DNA of 64,000 nucleotides from Azolla caroliniana (GCA_043228905.1 JBHGNT010000015.1:18042001-18106000); one strand, 5' to 3'; positions 25,760-37,788 are shown, counted from the stretch's first letter. The notes: a model not told the origin generated them from the sequence alone. A program made the numbers and translations.

Positions 25760-26556
25760 ACTCGGATGGTTCACGATATCCGATCCGATTCGGAACAAAG
25801 GTTCTCAACGAAAGGCAACGCGGATATGCACAAGTCAAAAGAGAATTATGGGGAGTCGTGTCGGCAATCAAATCGGATCGAGATTATTTGATCGGAGCCG
25901 AAGTAGTGATAAAAACGGATTGTCTTCCGATACTCGGGATGATGCGGTGTTGCACGATACCAGATGTGGCTATGCTAAGGTGGATTGCATATGTTAAGTC
26001 ACATAATCCGGAGGTATGACACATCTCCGGAAAAGACAACGCGGTAGCGGATATGCTATCAAGGGTGCGGTTCGGAGATGACATAACCGAATCCGATAAT
26101 GAAGAAGTTTCCGAATACTACTTTGCTTTGGAGCACATATGCCGGGTGAATGTAATCCGAGAATTCCAGGAAGAAGAATACGAGGGAGAAAGCTTGCTGA
26201 TTGGGAAAGTGCTACAAGAAATCAAGGAATCATCAGACAATAAAGAGAAGAGAGCCGAGATCCGAAGTAAGAAGCGACAAGTCCGAAAGTTCTTCTTGAA
26301 AAATGGATTAATATAGAGGGAGCCGAAAAGACTGGATGGCATACCACTTCGGGTAGTCGGGACGAAAGAGCAACGAAACCGGATAATGTCCGAATTTCAC
26401 GGATCCGATTGGGTTGGAGATTGAGGAACATGGGTAACTTTTGTGAAAAACAAACAAAAATATTGGTGGAAGAACATGTACAAAGATATAGCGGAGTTCA
26501 CGGAAAGCTGCGAGAAGTGTCAAATCTACTTTGGAGTTCGACACCAAGATGAGTTA
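24870..26556. repeat. Long inverted repeat: arms 24870-25632 and 25760-26556, 127-bp spacer
   Basis: 25760-26556 is the reverse complement of 24870-25632. The same ORFs (e.g. MKNKQKYWWKNMYKDIAEF) appear on opposite strands, and the left arm has a ~30-bp deletion near 25290. Confidence 0.95.
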
Positions 26557-27632
26557 GGTGCACATCTTCTAACTTCCGAAGCACTTTCTCGCAATCACGA
26601 ATATGGTCAACTACGAACTTTCGGCATCCACGATCATCCATAGTTTCATCTTTTTCTTCTACCGCGCATCCTTTCATCGGAATGTCATCTAGGAACGACA
26701 TCGTTATCTCCGGAATGCAGTCTCGAAGCACCTTATTCATTGCATTCATCATATGTGCGACTGAGTTTGTCGCGCCTTGTGGTAGCATACACATCCAAAC
26801 TAATCCTATTGGTGTCCGCATGGTAGTGATGTCTCGGCTCTCCACGACTAGTTGGATTTGGTCATACCCCGAGTATAGGTCTCCGATGGAGTATATCGCA
26901 CGACCAGCAAAAGCTTCTGCAAATTCATAAACTATCGAACCGACTCCGGAGTTCCGGATCGTGACCTTGTTCACCGGTTGCAAGTCTTGGATAAATCGGA
27001 GTGACCCATTCTTCTTCGAAACCGTAAACCATCGATTTGAGTACGGAGCGTTTGATGGCTCTAGAATCCCCATTGCCACTTTCTCCTTGAGCAAGTCGAT
27101 GGCTTTCGGGATATGCGCCCGTGGCACCGGAATCGGCTTTAGGTTCCACGACACATGATCAATCGTGAAGATCACCATCGGCTCCACTATCTTCGGATCA
27201 ACGCATCCTATCTCCTTCGATGTGAATGCAAATGCTTTTCCATGTTGTTCCAACATCTCACGAAACCGTTCTTCTTCTTTTTGTAAGAGGAAACCACCTC
27301 CACCGATCCGAAGTTTTTCCCGGGTCTCATCCATGAAGGCATGTCCGATATCCATGGACTTCCGAAGTGTCGGATCTCCCGAGACTTCTTTCCTCTTTTG
27401 TTCGCTATCGGCGGGTAACGGTCCCACAACTGGTTTCACTTTCTTCTCCACGGTCTTGTATTTCGTATTACCATTGCTTCTTCTTTGCGGAGCGCATCCG
27501 GCCCCATTTTTGCAATGATCTCGTACATCTCGACCGATCCTACCGGGACTACCCAGTCTCCTTGGCTTTTATCCTCCACAAGCTCTTCAAGCCGTTGTAG
27601 CGTGCTCCCATAGAACACTTCTTCGACTACCC
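26557..27632 (-). pseudogene. gypsy reverse transcriptase, C-terminally truncated
   Basis: YKTVEKKVKPV, ILEPSNAPYSNRWF, KKNGSLRFIQDLQPVNKVT, DLYSGYDQI, LPQGATNSVA, FLDD; cut at ...LEDVHLT by the inverted duplication. Confidence 0.9.
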
Positions 27633-28810
27633 TGTAAACGTAAGTGTTTGCGGAAGCGTAAAATAGAGAACAACACATAGAGAGAGAGAGAGCGAGAGAG
27701 AGAGACAGAGAGAGAGCAGAACGTAATTTCAAAATTATATAAAGACTCAGTACACACACTGTGCTAAGTAGCACTATTTATACAAGTCCTCTTGGGACTG
27801 ACAGAAGTACCATGTACTTCAATGCTCACACGAGCATCTGACACTTACTACGAGACTATAGCTACCTAGTAGTCTATCCTATACTAGGCTTCCGATTGGA
27901 CTTTCGGTTGCAGATTGCACCCGGCCTCCACTGCTTGCCGGTTCGGTTGCTCACCGTCATACCGATCCGTTTCGCCGGATCCGTCTCGCTTACTGACTCC
28001 GGCTTATTCAGCCGATCCAGCTCCAGTTGAGCTTGCCGCTCAACATACCCCCACGATTTCTTCGTCTTCTTTTATTATTGATGCCGACCGCAACTTATCC
28101 TCTACTTTTCAGTATTCTTTCTTCTTTCCTCCGGTTACGACTGTTGTCGCATGGCGCGTGACACACGTGCCAAACGTCGAAATGTGCGTGTCACAAGCGC
28201 GGACAAGCATCGAGCCTCTATCCGCTAGTGGTTATGGATGATGGGCGGCTGAAGTGACGCACTAATGTGGTTAGAGTGAGAGAGAGAGAGAGAAACAAAA
28301 TTTGAGGAAGTTTTTAAGATAGATAGGTAGATAGATACACATCACCAATAAGATAACTAAGTATTCTTATTATTAATTTTCGATTTGATACATAGATTGT
28401 TTGATTCATCCATTGATTGATCCCCCCCCCCCATTACACAAACCTTACGAGGGTTTTTATAGGTTTATCTATCCTTCTAACATGCACAAAACCATGGGCT
28501 TGAACCCATGGTTTTCGGGCACACGGTTTTCCTTGTGGCATGCACAAAACCATAGGCTAAAACCATGGTTTTGTGTACACGGTTTTGTATGTTTGTTTCC
28601 TATTGAATACTAAATATGAGAAGGAAATATACAAAATCTAAAGCACTTAGTAGTAGCTTTAGTGGTAAGATAATTGCTTCCTATCTTAGAAGTGCAAGGT
28701 TCAAATCTTGCTTGCACCCTTCTATATGCACTTGAATGTCATCAAGCCTTAGGATAATTTTCATATTTATAATCATGTGTATAATGTGTGTGGAGCCACA
28801 CTATTTCACA
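27633..28810 (-). mobile_element. Nested solo-LTR-like insertion (1178 bp) in gypsy pol
   Basis: Non-coding block interrupting the protease-RT linker; TG...CA termini (tgtaaa.../...ttcaca); a TATAAATA-type box on the minus strand near 27775-27782; an LTR-like ...cgcttccgca... end. No TSD is visible. Confidence 0.65.
28647..28720 (+). ncRNA. tRNA-like A/B-box unit inside the nested LTR-like insert
   Basis: A box TAGCTTTAGTGG from 28654, and B box GGTTCAAATC at 28698-28707 within the stem GCAAG/CTTGC. Confidence 0.5.
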
Positions 28811-28947
28811 ATTTCTCCCATCGGACATAGAACATCACGACACCGTGTACGGACCAATTCGTACTTGTTTTGCTCTGAGAGTTTTCTTCCTGTGTGGGGT
28901 CTCATGGCTTCTCGGACTATCACTTCCCCACTCCACAACAGTCTGCT

Positions 28948-31005
28948 CTAAAAATCCATTCTTGTTTGGGACAAGAGCTCTCTCTTGTTCCTTTCAGGAT
29001 TTGTTGGCACCGTTAGGAATTGGACGGATTTCCCTCCGTTTTGGCTCCGAATTCGCGCAAAAGCCGCACTGTTATCGAGCACCTTTGTCTCCATTCGTGA
29101 AATCGTGATAAAGGGTTGCCCGAGGATCACGGAGTGTGAGACCTCGTCTTGTACGAAGAAATTTTGGTTGATCTCGACATCTTCGATCTTCACCGTCACA
29201 TCCGGATAAGCCGCAAATAGATCTTCCGTTGCTTTAGTGGCCGCCCGGATATTCCATCCATGATTGGTGTTAATAGGCCACTTCCCCTTCTGGTAGAACT
29301 CCTTAGACATCAAATTGATCTCCGATCCGTGAGCAATCAATGCTAGCACGGGCTCTTTGATGTTGCCGATTCGGACCGGAGTCTCCGTAGTTGCACATGC
29401 CCAATGTGGCCTTGTGTAGTGGGAGTTCGGTATTTCGTCCTCCACTTCGGTGTCGTTCATTAAGATGGTATTTACATTCACCCTTGGGGCATTTTCCTCT
29501 GTACTTTATCTTTTTCTCTTCACGAGATCCACAAGAAGATCGTGGAACTCCTTCTTCGCTATTCTGAGTAATTCCCGAAGCGAAAATTCTACTCAGCTAT
29601 TGAGGATTCTCTCCTCAAACACATTTTTCAAGTTCATTTGTTGTTCTATGTCCGAGGTGAGCTTGAATGCTAGAATCACCTTTTCTTTTCCCTTCCCTCC
29701 GGAGTTCCAGCTTTCTGGTGCCTTCGATGGTCCGACCGCATCATCCGTGCACCGTCGTTTTTCATCTACATACACTTCATGCAATTGACATAACGCATGT
29801 ACACTATTCTTATCTACGGGGCACTCCCATCCCATAGCTTCCCAGATACATTCCGCGGCGCTTCGGATTTCATCATGGTCGGCTTTCTTCGAAATTTCTA
29901 ACACTTCCGGCCAAAAAGACGCCTTTGATGCAGATGACTCCCCCACACGTATTCCTGTGGTTGTCGCATAATTGTCTTTCGCCGCGATCTCCTCCTCTAG
30001 GACCTTCTTCTTGTCGCCTTTCCGGAAGTTCGGTCGGAGTGGCTTCCAAGAATCCATCGAATGAATCCGATTTCCCTCGTAGTAGATAAGATCCCGTCGT
30101 AATGCCTCCTTGTGCTCGTCACAATCTCTCCGATCATGTTCGGTGCTATTGCACCATATGCATCGACGATCCATGTACTTGGAACTTGTGGGAGGGTCTT
30201 CCGTCTTCTTCACCATCCCGATTTTCTGATTCTCCATCTCTTTCAGCAATTGCTCCACCGTGGTTGCGTCGATTCCCTTCTCAGTCATAATCTCCCGAGC
30301 CTGCGGTTGATGGTCTTCTGTTCTGGATCTCGGTTCCAAAATCGGTTCCAAAACCCTCTTTTCTTCGTTGGCAAGCCATTGCCCCCTCTTTGTGTATCGC
30401 GCGACGATATCCCGCATGCTTTCCCATGTTTCGGTGAGGCCACTCTCGGTAGTCGTGTCCTCTAGAAGCACTCCAAGATCTTTCCGGTCCCGGACGTCCA
30501 CGACTCCTAAGAACATGATAACTTTGTCCGGTGCGAGGATAGCTTGATCTCTCGCAGACAACCTCCCAAACCGACTTTCGAATGCCGAAAACACATCGAG
30601 GACCTTCATCCCCTTGTCTGGCGTTTCCACCCAATCCTCGAATCCTCTCCGCGTTGCCTTGGAGGAGTCCTCGATAGCGAACGTGGTCTTTAGCGCCTCT
30701 TCAAATGCTTCCCACATCGGATTTTGTTGTCATAGCCCGTGGATACTTGCTTGAAGCCCGTCGATAGCCACCTAGTTAAAGGATGTCACTTGTAGTCCTT
30801 CCGAAATCCCGCACCGTAGCATTTCCGCCTTGTAGTCTCGAAGATAGCGTGATACGTCCTTTTCATTGAATTGCCCGATCCGTTGCACGAGCCGCTCTAC
30901 TGCCGCCGCTATCTCCGACATTGCACGTTGTTCTTGAAGCATCCGCTCGAACATCATCATCATGTTGTTAGCCTCTGGTTGATTTTCCATCTCCTTGCCA
31001 CCCAT
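28948..31005 (-). pseudogene. gypsy gag-protease (stop codons and frameshifts)
   Basis: ORF pieces at 31011-30772, 30717-29593 (CIWCNSTEHDRRDC knuckle) and 29481-28948 (aspartic-protease-like LIAHGSEINLM, VILGQPF). Confidence 0.88.
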
Positions 31006-31006
31006 T

Positions 31007-31024
31007 TTCACGTCGGGTTCACCA
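31007..31024 (-). promoter_or_regulatory. Primer-binding site complementary to the tRNA-Trp 3' end
   Basis: The plus strand reads TTCACGTCGGGTTCACCA, matching the 3' 18 nt (including CCA) of plant cytosolic tRNA-Trp as recalled; the minus strand reads TGGTGAACCCGACGTGAA. Confidence 0.85.
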
Positions 31025-31028
31025 AATG

Positions 31029-31682
31029 TGTCGTGCCTTTCGGCGTTGGATCGTTTGCGTGAGTTGGGTGGGAACTGCTAGGGCTTAGGACTAGAAGAAA
31101 GAAGAATATGAGATAGTGTTAGTTAGGAAGAGATTGTAAGAAGAAGATATGAAACTCGTGAATCCCACGATTATAATGTATTAATGGGTAATTAGATTGT
31201 AAGAGAGAATTAGATGGTAAAATCGTGAATCCCACGAATATTTTGTATTAATCAATCCTTCTAAAAAAAATCAACAACCCTATACATCTTTCTCTCTTCC
31301 TTATATAGTGTTGGAAGAGTCTAAGTTTATCACATGCAAGCATCATGCTTTTCCTAACTTTAGTTTTCATGCACACAACATGTGCATGATTAGTTTTCTA
31401 TCCCATCTTTTCTTTTAACTCGAGTGTGTATGCATGAATAACTTTTTGTACCATGCATATCTAGAATATTTACATGGGATAAAGTTTAGTATAACTTTAC
31501 AATTTATAGCATGCTAGTATAGTGGTAAGGTTGGGGTTTATTTACATGGAGGTATAGGGTTCGAATCTTGCCCTATACACGTAATAAATGTATTTAATAT
31601 TTTATTTTTATTTTTTATACGTACTCTAAATCGGATATAGTGTTTTACATATTTCACATAGTGTGTGATTCACACTACAACA
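31029..31682 (-). repeat. gypsy 5' LTR
   Basis: Direct repeat of 23114-23767 (offset 7915); the PBS begins 4 nt inside. Confidence 0.95.
31508..31616 (+). ncRNA. tRNA-like Pol III unit inside the gypsy 5' LTR
   Basis: A box TAGTATAGTGG at 31515-31525, B box GGTTCGAATC at 31558-31567, and T4/T5/T6 runs at 31600-31616. Confidence 0.5.
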
Positions 31683-31684
31683 AC

Positions 31685-31729
<45 letters not shown>

Positions 31730-32472
31730 GTACATGACTGTTCTCTCCCTTCGACTCCTTTAACTTCCCTTCGTTGTGAGATCCTTTCGACTTTGGGTTT
31801 CCCTTGACACTGGGCTCTGTTTTACTCTAAGCTTTGTTTGTCTCTGTGCTCCAGTTGAGTATGAGGATCCTTCAAGTCCATGACCTATATCATCTATGCT
31901 TTCTTAACCCTAGTGACCTCCTTCGTTTGTTGTCCCGCTCGAGTAACATACGCATGCGCATCATCGCGACACCTTAACATTACTTGAGAGCTCCAGAGAA
32001 CCGTTCGAACTGTTGTCTCGACATCAGCTACCAAGCAAGACGAGAGAGTGTTTTGGTCATCGTGATTCGTCTTCTTCTTATGACTTATTTTATTTTATTT
32101 TTATTTTTTACAGTTTACGTTCGAAACGTAGCCAGCAAAGATGTGGAGGTGGTCAGTGGTCCTGGCATACATTCTCGGGCTTTTCATGGGTGCCCATCGG
32201 CCGGTGTGGCCGACCATTTCACAATTCCCATGTCTTCTTCTTCTCCTCCTTCAAAATTTTTGTCCTCCTTTACAAAAAAAAACAACTCCTTCCACTTCTT
32301 CTTCTTCTTCTTCACAAAACTCCCTTTTACGTCTTTTATTTCTTCACAAAACTCCTCCCCCCATTCACACGCTTCCTTTTCTCCTTTACTTCTTCTTCTT
32401 CCTCCGATCGATCGATCCATCGCTCCTCCTTCTCTCTGTCTGTCTGTCTGTCTCCCGCTTCTGCCTCTCGCC

Positions 32473-35400
32473 ATGGCCGCGCTCGAATACCTTCATACGC
32501 AGCGCGACGCCCAGCCCGATCTCGCGGAGTGGTACACCTCCCTCGAAGACCTCTACCAACGCAAGCTCTGGCATCAGCTCACCCTGAAGCTCGAACAGTT
32601 CGTGGCGCTCGCTGTTTTCCAGGTCAGCTTCTTTCTTTCTTTCTTTCTTCGTCTCTCTCTCTCTCTCTCTGCGTGAATGGTTTAGTTTCTTCACAGTCTC
32701 GTTGTCTAGAGAAATGAATGGAATATTTATTAGCGCTTCCTTATCTCCCAACTTTCTTCACAGCGAAGGAAACAAAACATCACATTTCTTTCTCAAACAA
32801 TCCCTATTATAGATAAATGAAAGAAACAAAACTATCAGTTTCTTCAAGAAACCAGTTACTTTCCATTTCTTCAAGAAATGCCAGTCCTTGGGAGTAATGA
32901 ATCGAATGCCAGTTACTTTCCATTTCGTCAAGAAAGAGGGAAAAGCTTGCGCCTGTAGTTGGAAACAAGGGGCATTCTCAGTCACATTCTATAATAAGAT
33001 TTGCAATGACCTATGCTGAATATCTACATGGACAGTCGTTTGTTTGTCACTTGAAAACTTGTGGAAATTTTTCTCTAATATTCATCAGAGAACACAGTTA
33101 ATAAAAACGTTCTCTGCTAGCAACAAGAGGCTTCTCTCTCTCTCTCTCTCTCTCTGTTTGCAACGATTTATGTGGAATGTATATGGATTTATTAATTTCC
33201 TCTCAAATCAACATCACTTTTTCTTTCCTCATTTGGTAATCTTTGCAAAGTATCCATGTTGAATGTATATCTGGATGTTAACTCATGCCCAAAACAACAT
33301 TGGCTTTGCTTTTTATCATCATAATCTTTGCGTAGTTTGAGTATGTGTTAGTGATTAGGAAAATTTGGTTGTTAACTCCCGCTCAAACCTACATCTGTTT
33401 TGTTTTCTGTGTCATTTACATAAGTGACATTTACATTTTTTGTCAGTTGTGCTTTCTGTTTTGATAATCTTTGCATGATCTATGTCGATACACATACACA
33501 TACATACATACGTACATACATACAATATACCCATTATCTGCTGCGGAAATTGGTGAAATGTGGCTGGGTGACAGTCTGCATGATCCTTTTGGAGCTCTTT
33601 TGGAGCATGCTGTAGTTCCAACATCTCTTTTACTCATACAGATGAAATCAACACTTGATTTCCTTTCGGAAATGCTATAGCTTGACATGTGAAGTAATAT
33701 TGCTTCAGAGAGACATTGTGCTGCATGTCATTATCATAAGCTTCCATTCTCTGGATTGAGTATATATATATATATATATATATACACGTACATAGATGCG
33801 CATCGACATTATATGCTCCCGAAACGTCCGGAATTATTCCTTGATTGGATTCAGCCTCTTTGGTATGATCTTTTTGAGAATCCGGTGGTTTACATGCTGT
33901 CTCATTAATTTTGTCAAGGGTTTCCATACTGTCATCCAGTATGTGATCTAATTGCAGCTGTCCAAACTAAATGTCCATTGACATCCGTGTACTTCAAGAC
34001 AGACTTCTAATCTATTATGTTTGTAACGACAGTTCTTTTGGGGTTCCCTTTACCTTATTTTCAGAGGTGACTGAGGTTGATAATGGATGAAGATTTATTG
34101 ATAAAGAACTATGATGTTTACAGTTATTGAAATATTTATATTTAAATTTCATGGTTTTTATGTTGCATCTAGCATATATCTCTATAGTTTAGGGGTTACA
34201 TATGTTATATGGTTTACATATTTAACAATGTAGATTGAGCAGCTTCATGTAGTAATCTCTTAAATCTGTCCATGTATGGCATGTGGCCGTTGTAACTACC
34301 CATCTGTCCAAATGTCAATCAAGCATGAAAATCTGCTTGAGGTTTCGACTATCTATTCTTGCAATTGCTTATCTAAAGTTTGGTGCTTAATAATAAACGG
34401 GAAGCAACCATTCTTATATTAAACTTCTCGCTTTGTATATTGAAGGACTGCTATGTTATTGTCTCTAATGTCTTTTCATATTTCAGGCAGGAGATGCCCT
34501 CATCCAGTTATATCACAAATTTATTTCAGACTTTGAGAGCAAGATCAATCATTTGAAGCTTGCACATTTTGCTGATACTGTTTCAAGGCAGTATTCTGAT
34601 GTTGAAGTCGCAATACGTTTTTTAGAGGAAGTGATTGCAAAACTTAATGCATCAAAGGAAAGGAGAATTGAGGAGCCAGTTTTATACCTAAACATGAGGA
34701 TAGCTGCTCTGAAACTTGAACAAGGGAATCAAAAAGAGTGCAAGAAACTACTTGAAGATGGGAAGTCCACACTAGACAACATGACAGATGTTGATCCTTC
34801 TGTACATGCAAATTTTCATTGGGTATCATCACAATATTTCAAGTCGCGACAAGAGTTTGCAGAGTTTTATAAAAGTGCTCTGCTGTTCTTAGCCTATACA
34901 TCTGTTGACACATTGTCAGAGCCTTTTAAGCTGGCAAGTTTCTGTCAAAAAATCTGTTTGATAGACTTTATTCTCTGCTATGCATTTTGCTTGACCTTCA
35001 TATAGTTGAATGCTGCAGGATTTGGCATTTGATCTATCTCTAGCAGCTTTATTGGGGGATAACATTTACAATTTTGGCGAGTTGCTAGCTCATCCAATCG
35101 TAAGTATCAAGTTATTTATTATTTGGTTATTTTGATACAAGGGCACAAATTGTATATATTCTTTTTTGCTGTAATCATATATTAACGGGGTTAAAATCTT
35201 TTATGCCTAATGATTAGCCATTTGTCTTAGATTAAAACTTTTAAAATTGAAGGAGTTTATTCTTGCACGTGTACACTTTTCCTATTTGACACAAACTGAT
35301 GTCAGTAGCCCCAATTTGTATACCTAGTATTCAATTATTGAATTGGAGTAAGATACATGATGCATTTATGCGCATACACTTTCTTTTTTGGGAAGCTCAG

Positions 35401-35885
35401 GGTGAGGTTTGTTCCTGTAGTATGTGTTTGTTCTAACAACTGTTCTGCTGCTATTAATAGCTTTTCTCACAGTAATACTATACTAATCACAAGTAAGAAA
35501 CATATTTTTCTTCATTATTCCATTCCTAGGGAGGATTTCTGAAAGGACTATTTGAATTTAGGCAACAGAATGATTTTTTTTATGAAGCAAGCTTAGAATA
35601 AAGAGGAGTATAAATGTAGGAAATTGATTATAAAAAGAAAGGTGTTTTTTTGTATGCCATAATGCAACACCTGTAATTATGTGACACACATTTCAAGAAA
35701 GAGTCTATGATAAAACTCCATTCAAATCTGGTGCATACAAGTCACTGCATTTAAAAAAAATTCTTTCTTACATGAATGAAGAAAGAAGAATTACTACGAA
35801 GCTTGAAGCAAAAATTATTACTATATATATTGGAGACTTGACTTATTTCATCTTATTTCATTAGTGCTCTCAGATTGGTATTTAT

Positions 35886-35933
<48 letters not shown>

Positions 35934-37788
35934 TGGAAGATGGTATGCAACACACTTCCTTTGTCAGTGATGTCTTTTTGCAACATCATTGTATCGTGAC
36001 ATGGGGGAAACATATGGAGGGCTCATGCTTCACACATATACTACATATGTTACACCTAACAACGAAAACCTATTCTTTTCCGAATAGGGAAACTGCACAT
36101 GTCAATGCATGTTAGAATCCATCCCATTGTTTGCCATCGGAACCATTGTTTTCATATGACTTATTCAGACTCAAATCAATGTGAGATGGGGCGGTGGTGC
36201 ACACGTGGTGAGTGTATTTTATTGGATCATGTACATTTTGCCCTAAAGATGTTTGAGAGTCTTGAGTATTACATTTTGATACAATGCTCTGCCTTTGCTC
36301 ATATTTGATTATGGGTTCCAAACTCAATCCTTGCATAATTTTTTTTTTTAGTCACAATGTGCAGTCTCAATTGGTGATCACATGTATTACGTGGAAATTT
36401 TATATTTTTGGTCTCAAAGGTCATATTTGACTTCTGAAGATGATAATAAAATCTATCTATTTCTCCCTCTCAGTTAGTAATATATCTATCTCTTTCCTTC
36501 TCCCAATCGATGAGGTTTCAGTTTAAGGAGGGATGCCATTCTAACACCGATGTTTGCTTGTTCTTGTTGGCAGGTGAAAAGCCTTTCAGGTTCGAGTGTT
36601 GAGTGGCTATATCATGTATTACAAGCTTTCAACACAGGAGATTTGGCCAAATATCAGGAACTGACATGGAAGTATAAGGCTGATCTTAGTGCCCAGCCTG
36701 CACTTGTAACTAATGAGAAGAAACTATTGGAAAAGATCAACATACTCTGCTTGATGGAGATAATTTTCAGGTAATATTTTGTGTGATCTCTAGTATCTTT
36801 ATAACAAAAAATGCACCACACCACAAATTAAATCTGAAATTTAAATTGCTCTTTTGAGTCATCTATAAAATTTTAAAATAGATTAAAATAGGTTTTGGTT
36901 CATTAAACCAAAATTAAAATTCAAGTATCCGGTTTTTATTTAATTTTTTAAAGATGACTAGTGTAACTTGTTAAACTTGATTTCCCACAATTGTAATTGC
37001 GCGTGTTCATGTTCTCTTGGGACTATTTTGGAAACCTATCTACTATTGATGTTCATATGCAGTCTTGGTCTGATATCTAATACACTAATTATATCCTGCA
37101 GCCGTCCATCTGAAGACAGGACAATCCCTTTACAAGTAATAGCTGAGCGCACAAACTTGTCAATCAAGGAAGTTGAATCCCTTCTGATGAAAAGTCTATC
37201 GGTAAATATGTTTGTTGATACAATTTATTGAAATTAAGGCAAGTGAACAAATTAAAATGAACAAGGAAGCTTACTGATTTAGGATTCAAGTAGAGTCATT
37301 CTGTAATTTAGAATGAGACCATTGAAACCTTTGTGGGCAAGCAAAAATAATTTTTGCAGAAGAAACGCCACCTTGAGCTGAAAATATTCTTTATACATTT
37401 TCCAATGCAGTATCATGAGATAGAGTGAAGTAATGAGAAAATTTGAATGTATTTATGGGAAATTGTTCCCTGCAAAATTACTTGCTACAGGCAGGATCTG
37501 ATTATCAACCAATGTTTTAGTTAATTAATGATAATTAGAGCAGTACGTGTGTTCAAGAAAGCGCTATCTTGGGTCATGATTTTCTTCTTTTTTCTTTTTC
37601 AGGTGCATCTTATTGAAGGTATTATAGATCAGGTTGATGAAACAGTGTATGTGTCATGGGTGCAACCGCGTGTCTTGGGTATCCCACAGATAAAAGCCCT
37701 GAGAGAGAGGCTGGATGGGTGGCTTGAGAAGGTTCACACTACATTATTAACTGTGGAGGCAGAGACACCTGACCTTGTAGTGTCTTGA
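32473..37788 (+). CDS. RPN9: 26S proteasome non-ATPase regulatory subunit 13 (RPN9), 6 exons
   Basis: Exons 32473-32622 (MAALEYL...LYQRKLWHQLTLKLEQFV), 34487-34933, 35019-35099 (DLAFDLSLAALLGDNIYNFGELLAHPI), 36574-36770, 37102-37201 and 37603-37788 (VHLIEGIIDQV...SWVQPRVL, PCI domain). Confidence 0.96.

Larger units (their letters stand above)
23114..31682 (-). mobile_element. Ty3/gypsy LTR retrotransposon (no chromodomain seen), rearranged
   Basis: Two 654-bp LTRs (23114-23767 and 31029-31682) with TGT...ACA ends; 4-bp TSD ACGT (23110-23113 and 31683-31686); tRNA-Trp PBS; PPT GGAGGGGGCGAG (23779-23768). Domain order is gag, protease (LIAHGSEIN), RT (DLYSGYDQI, PQGATNS, FLDD), RNase H, integrase (NGKIERGH, WFGPY). 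Confidence 0.95.

Noticed and set aside
31984-32472. Long N-terminal extension of RPN9 and overlapping ORFs
   Set aside because: This is low-complexity CT-rich 5' UTR; homology begins at MAALEYL (32473).
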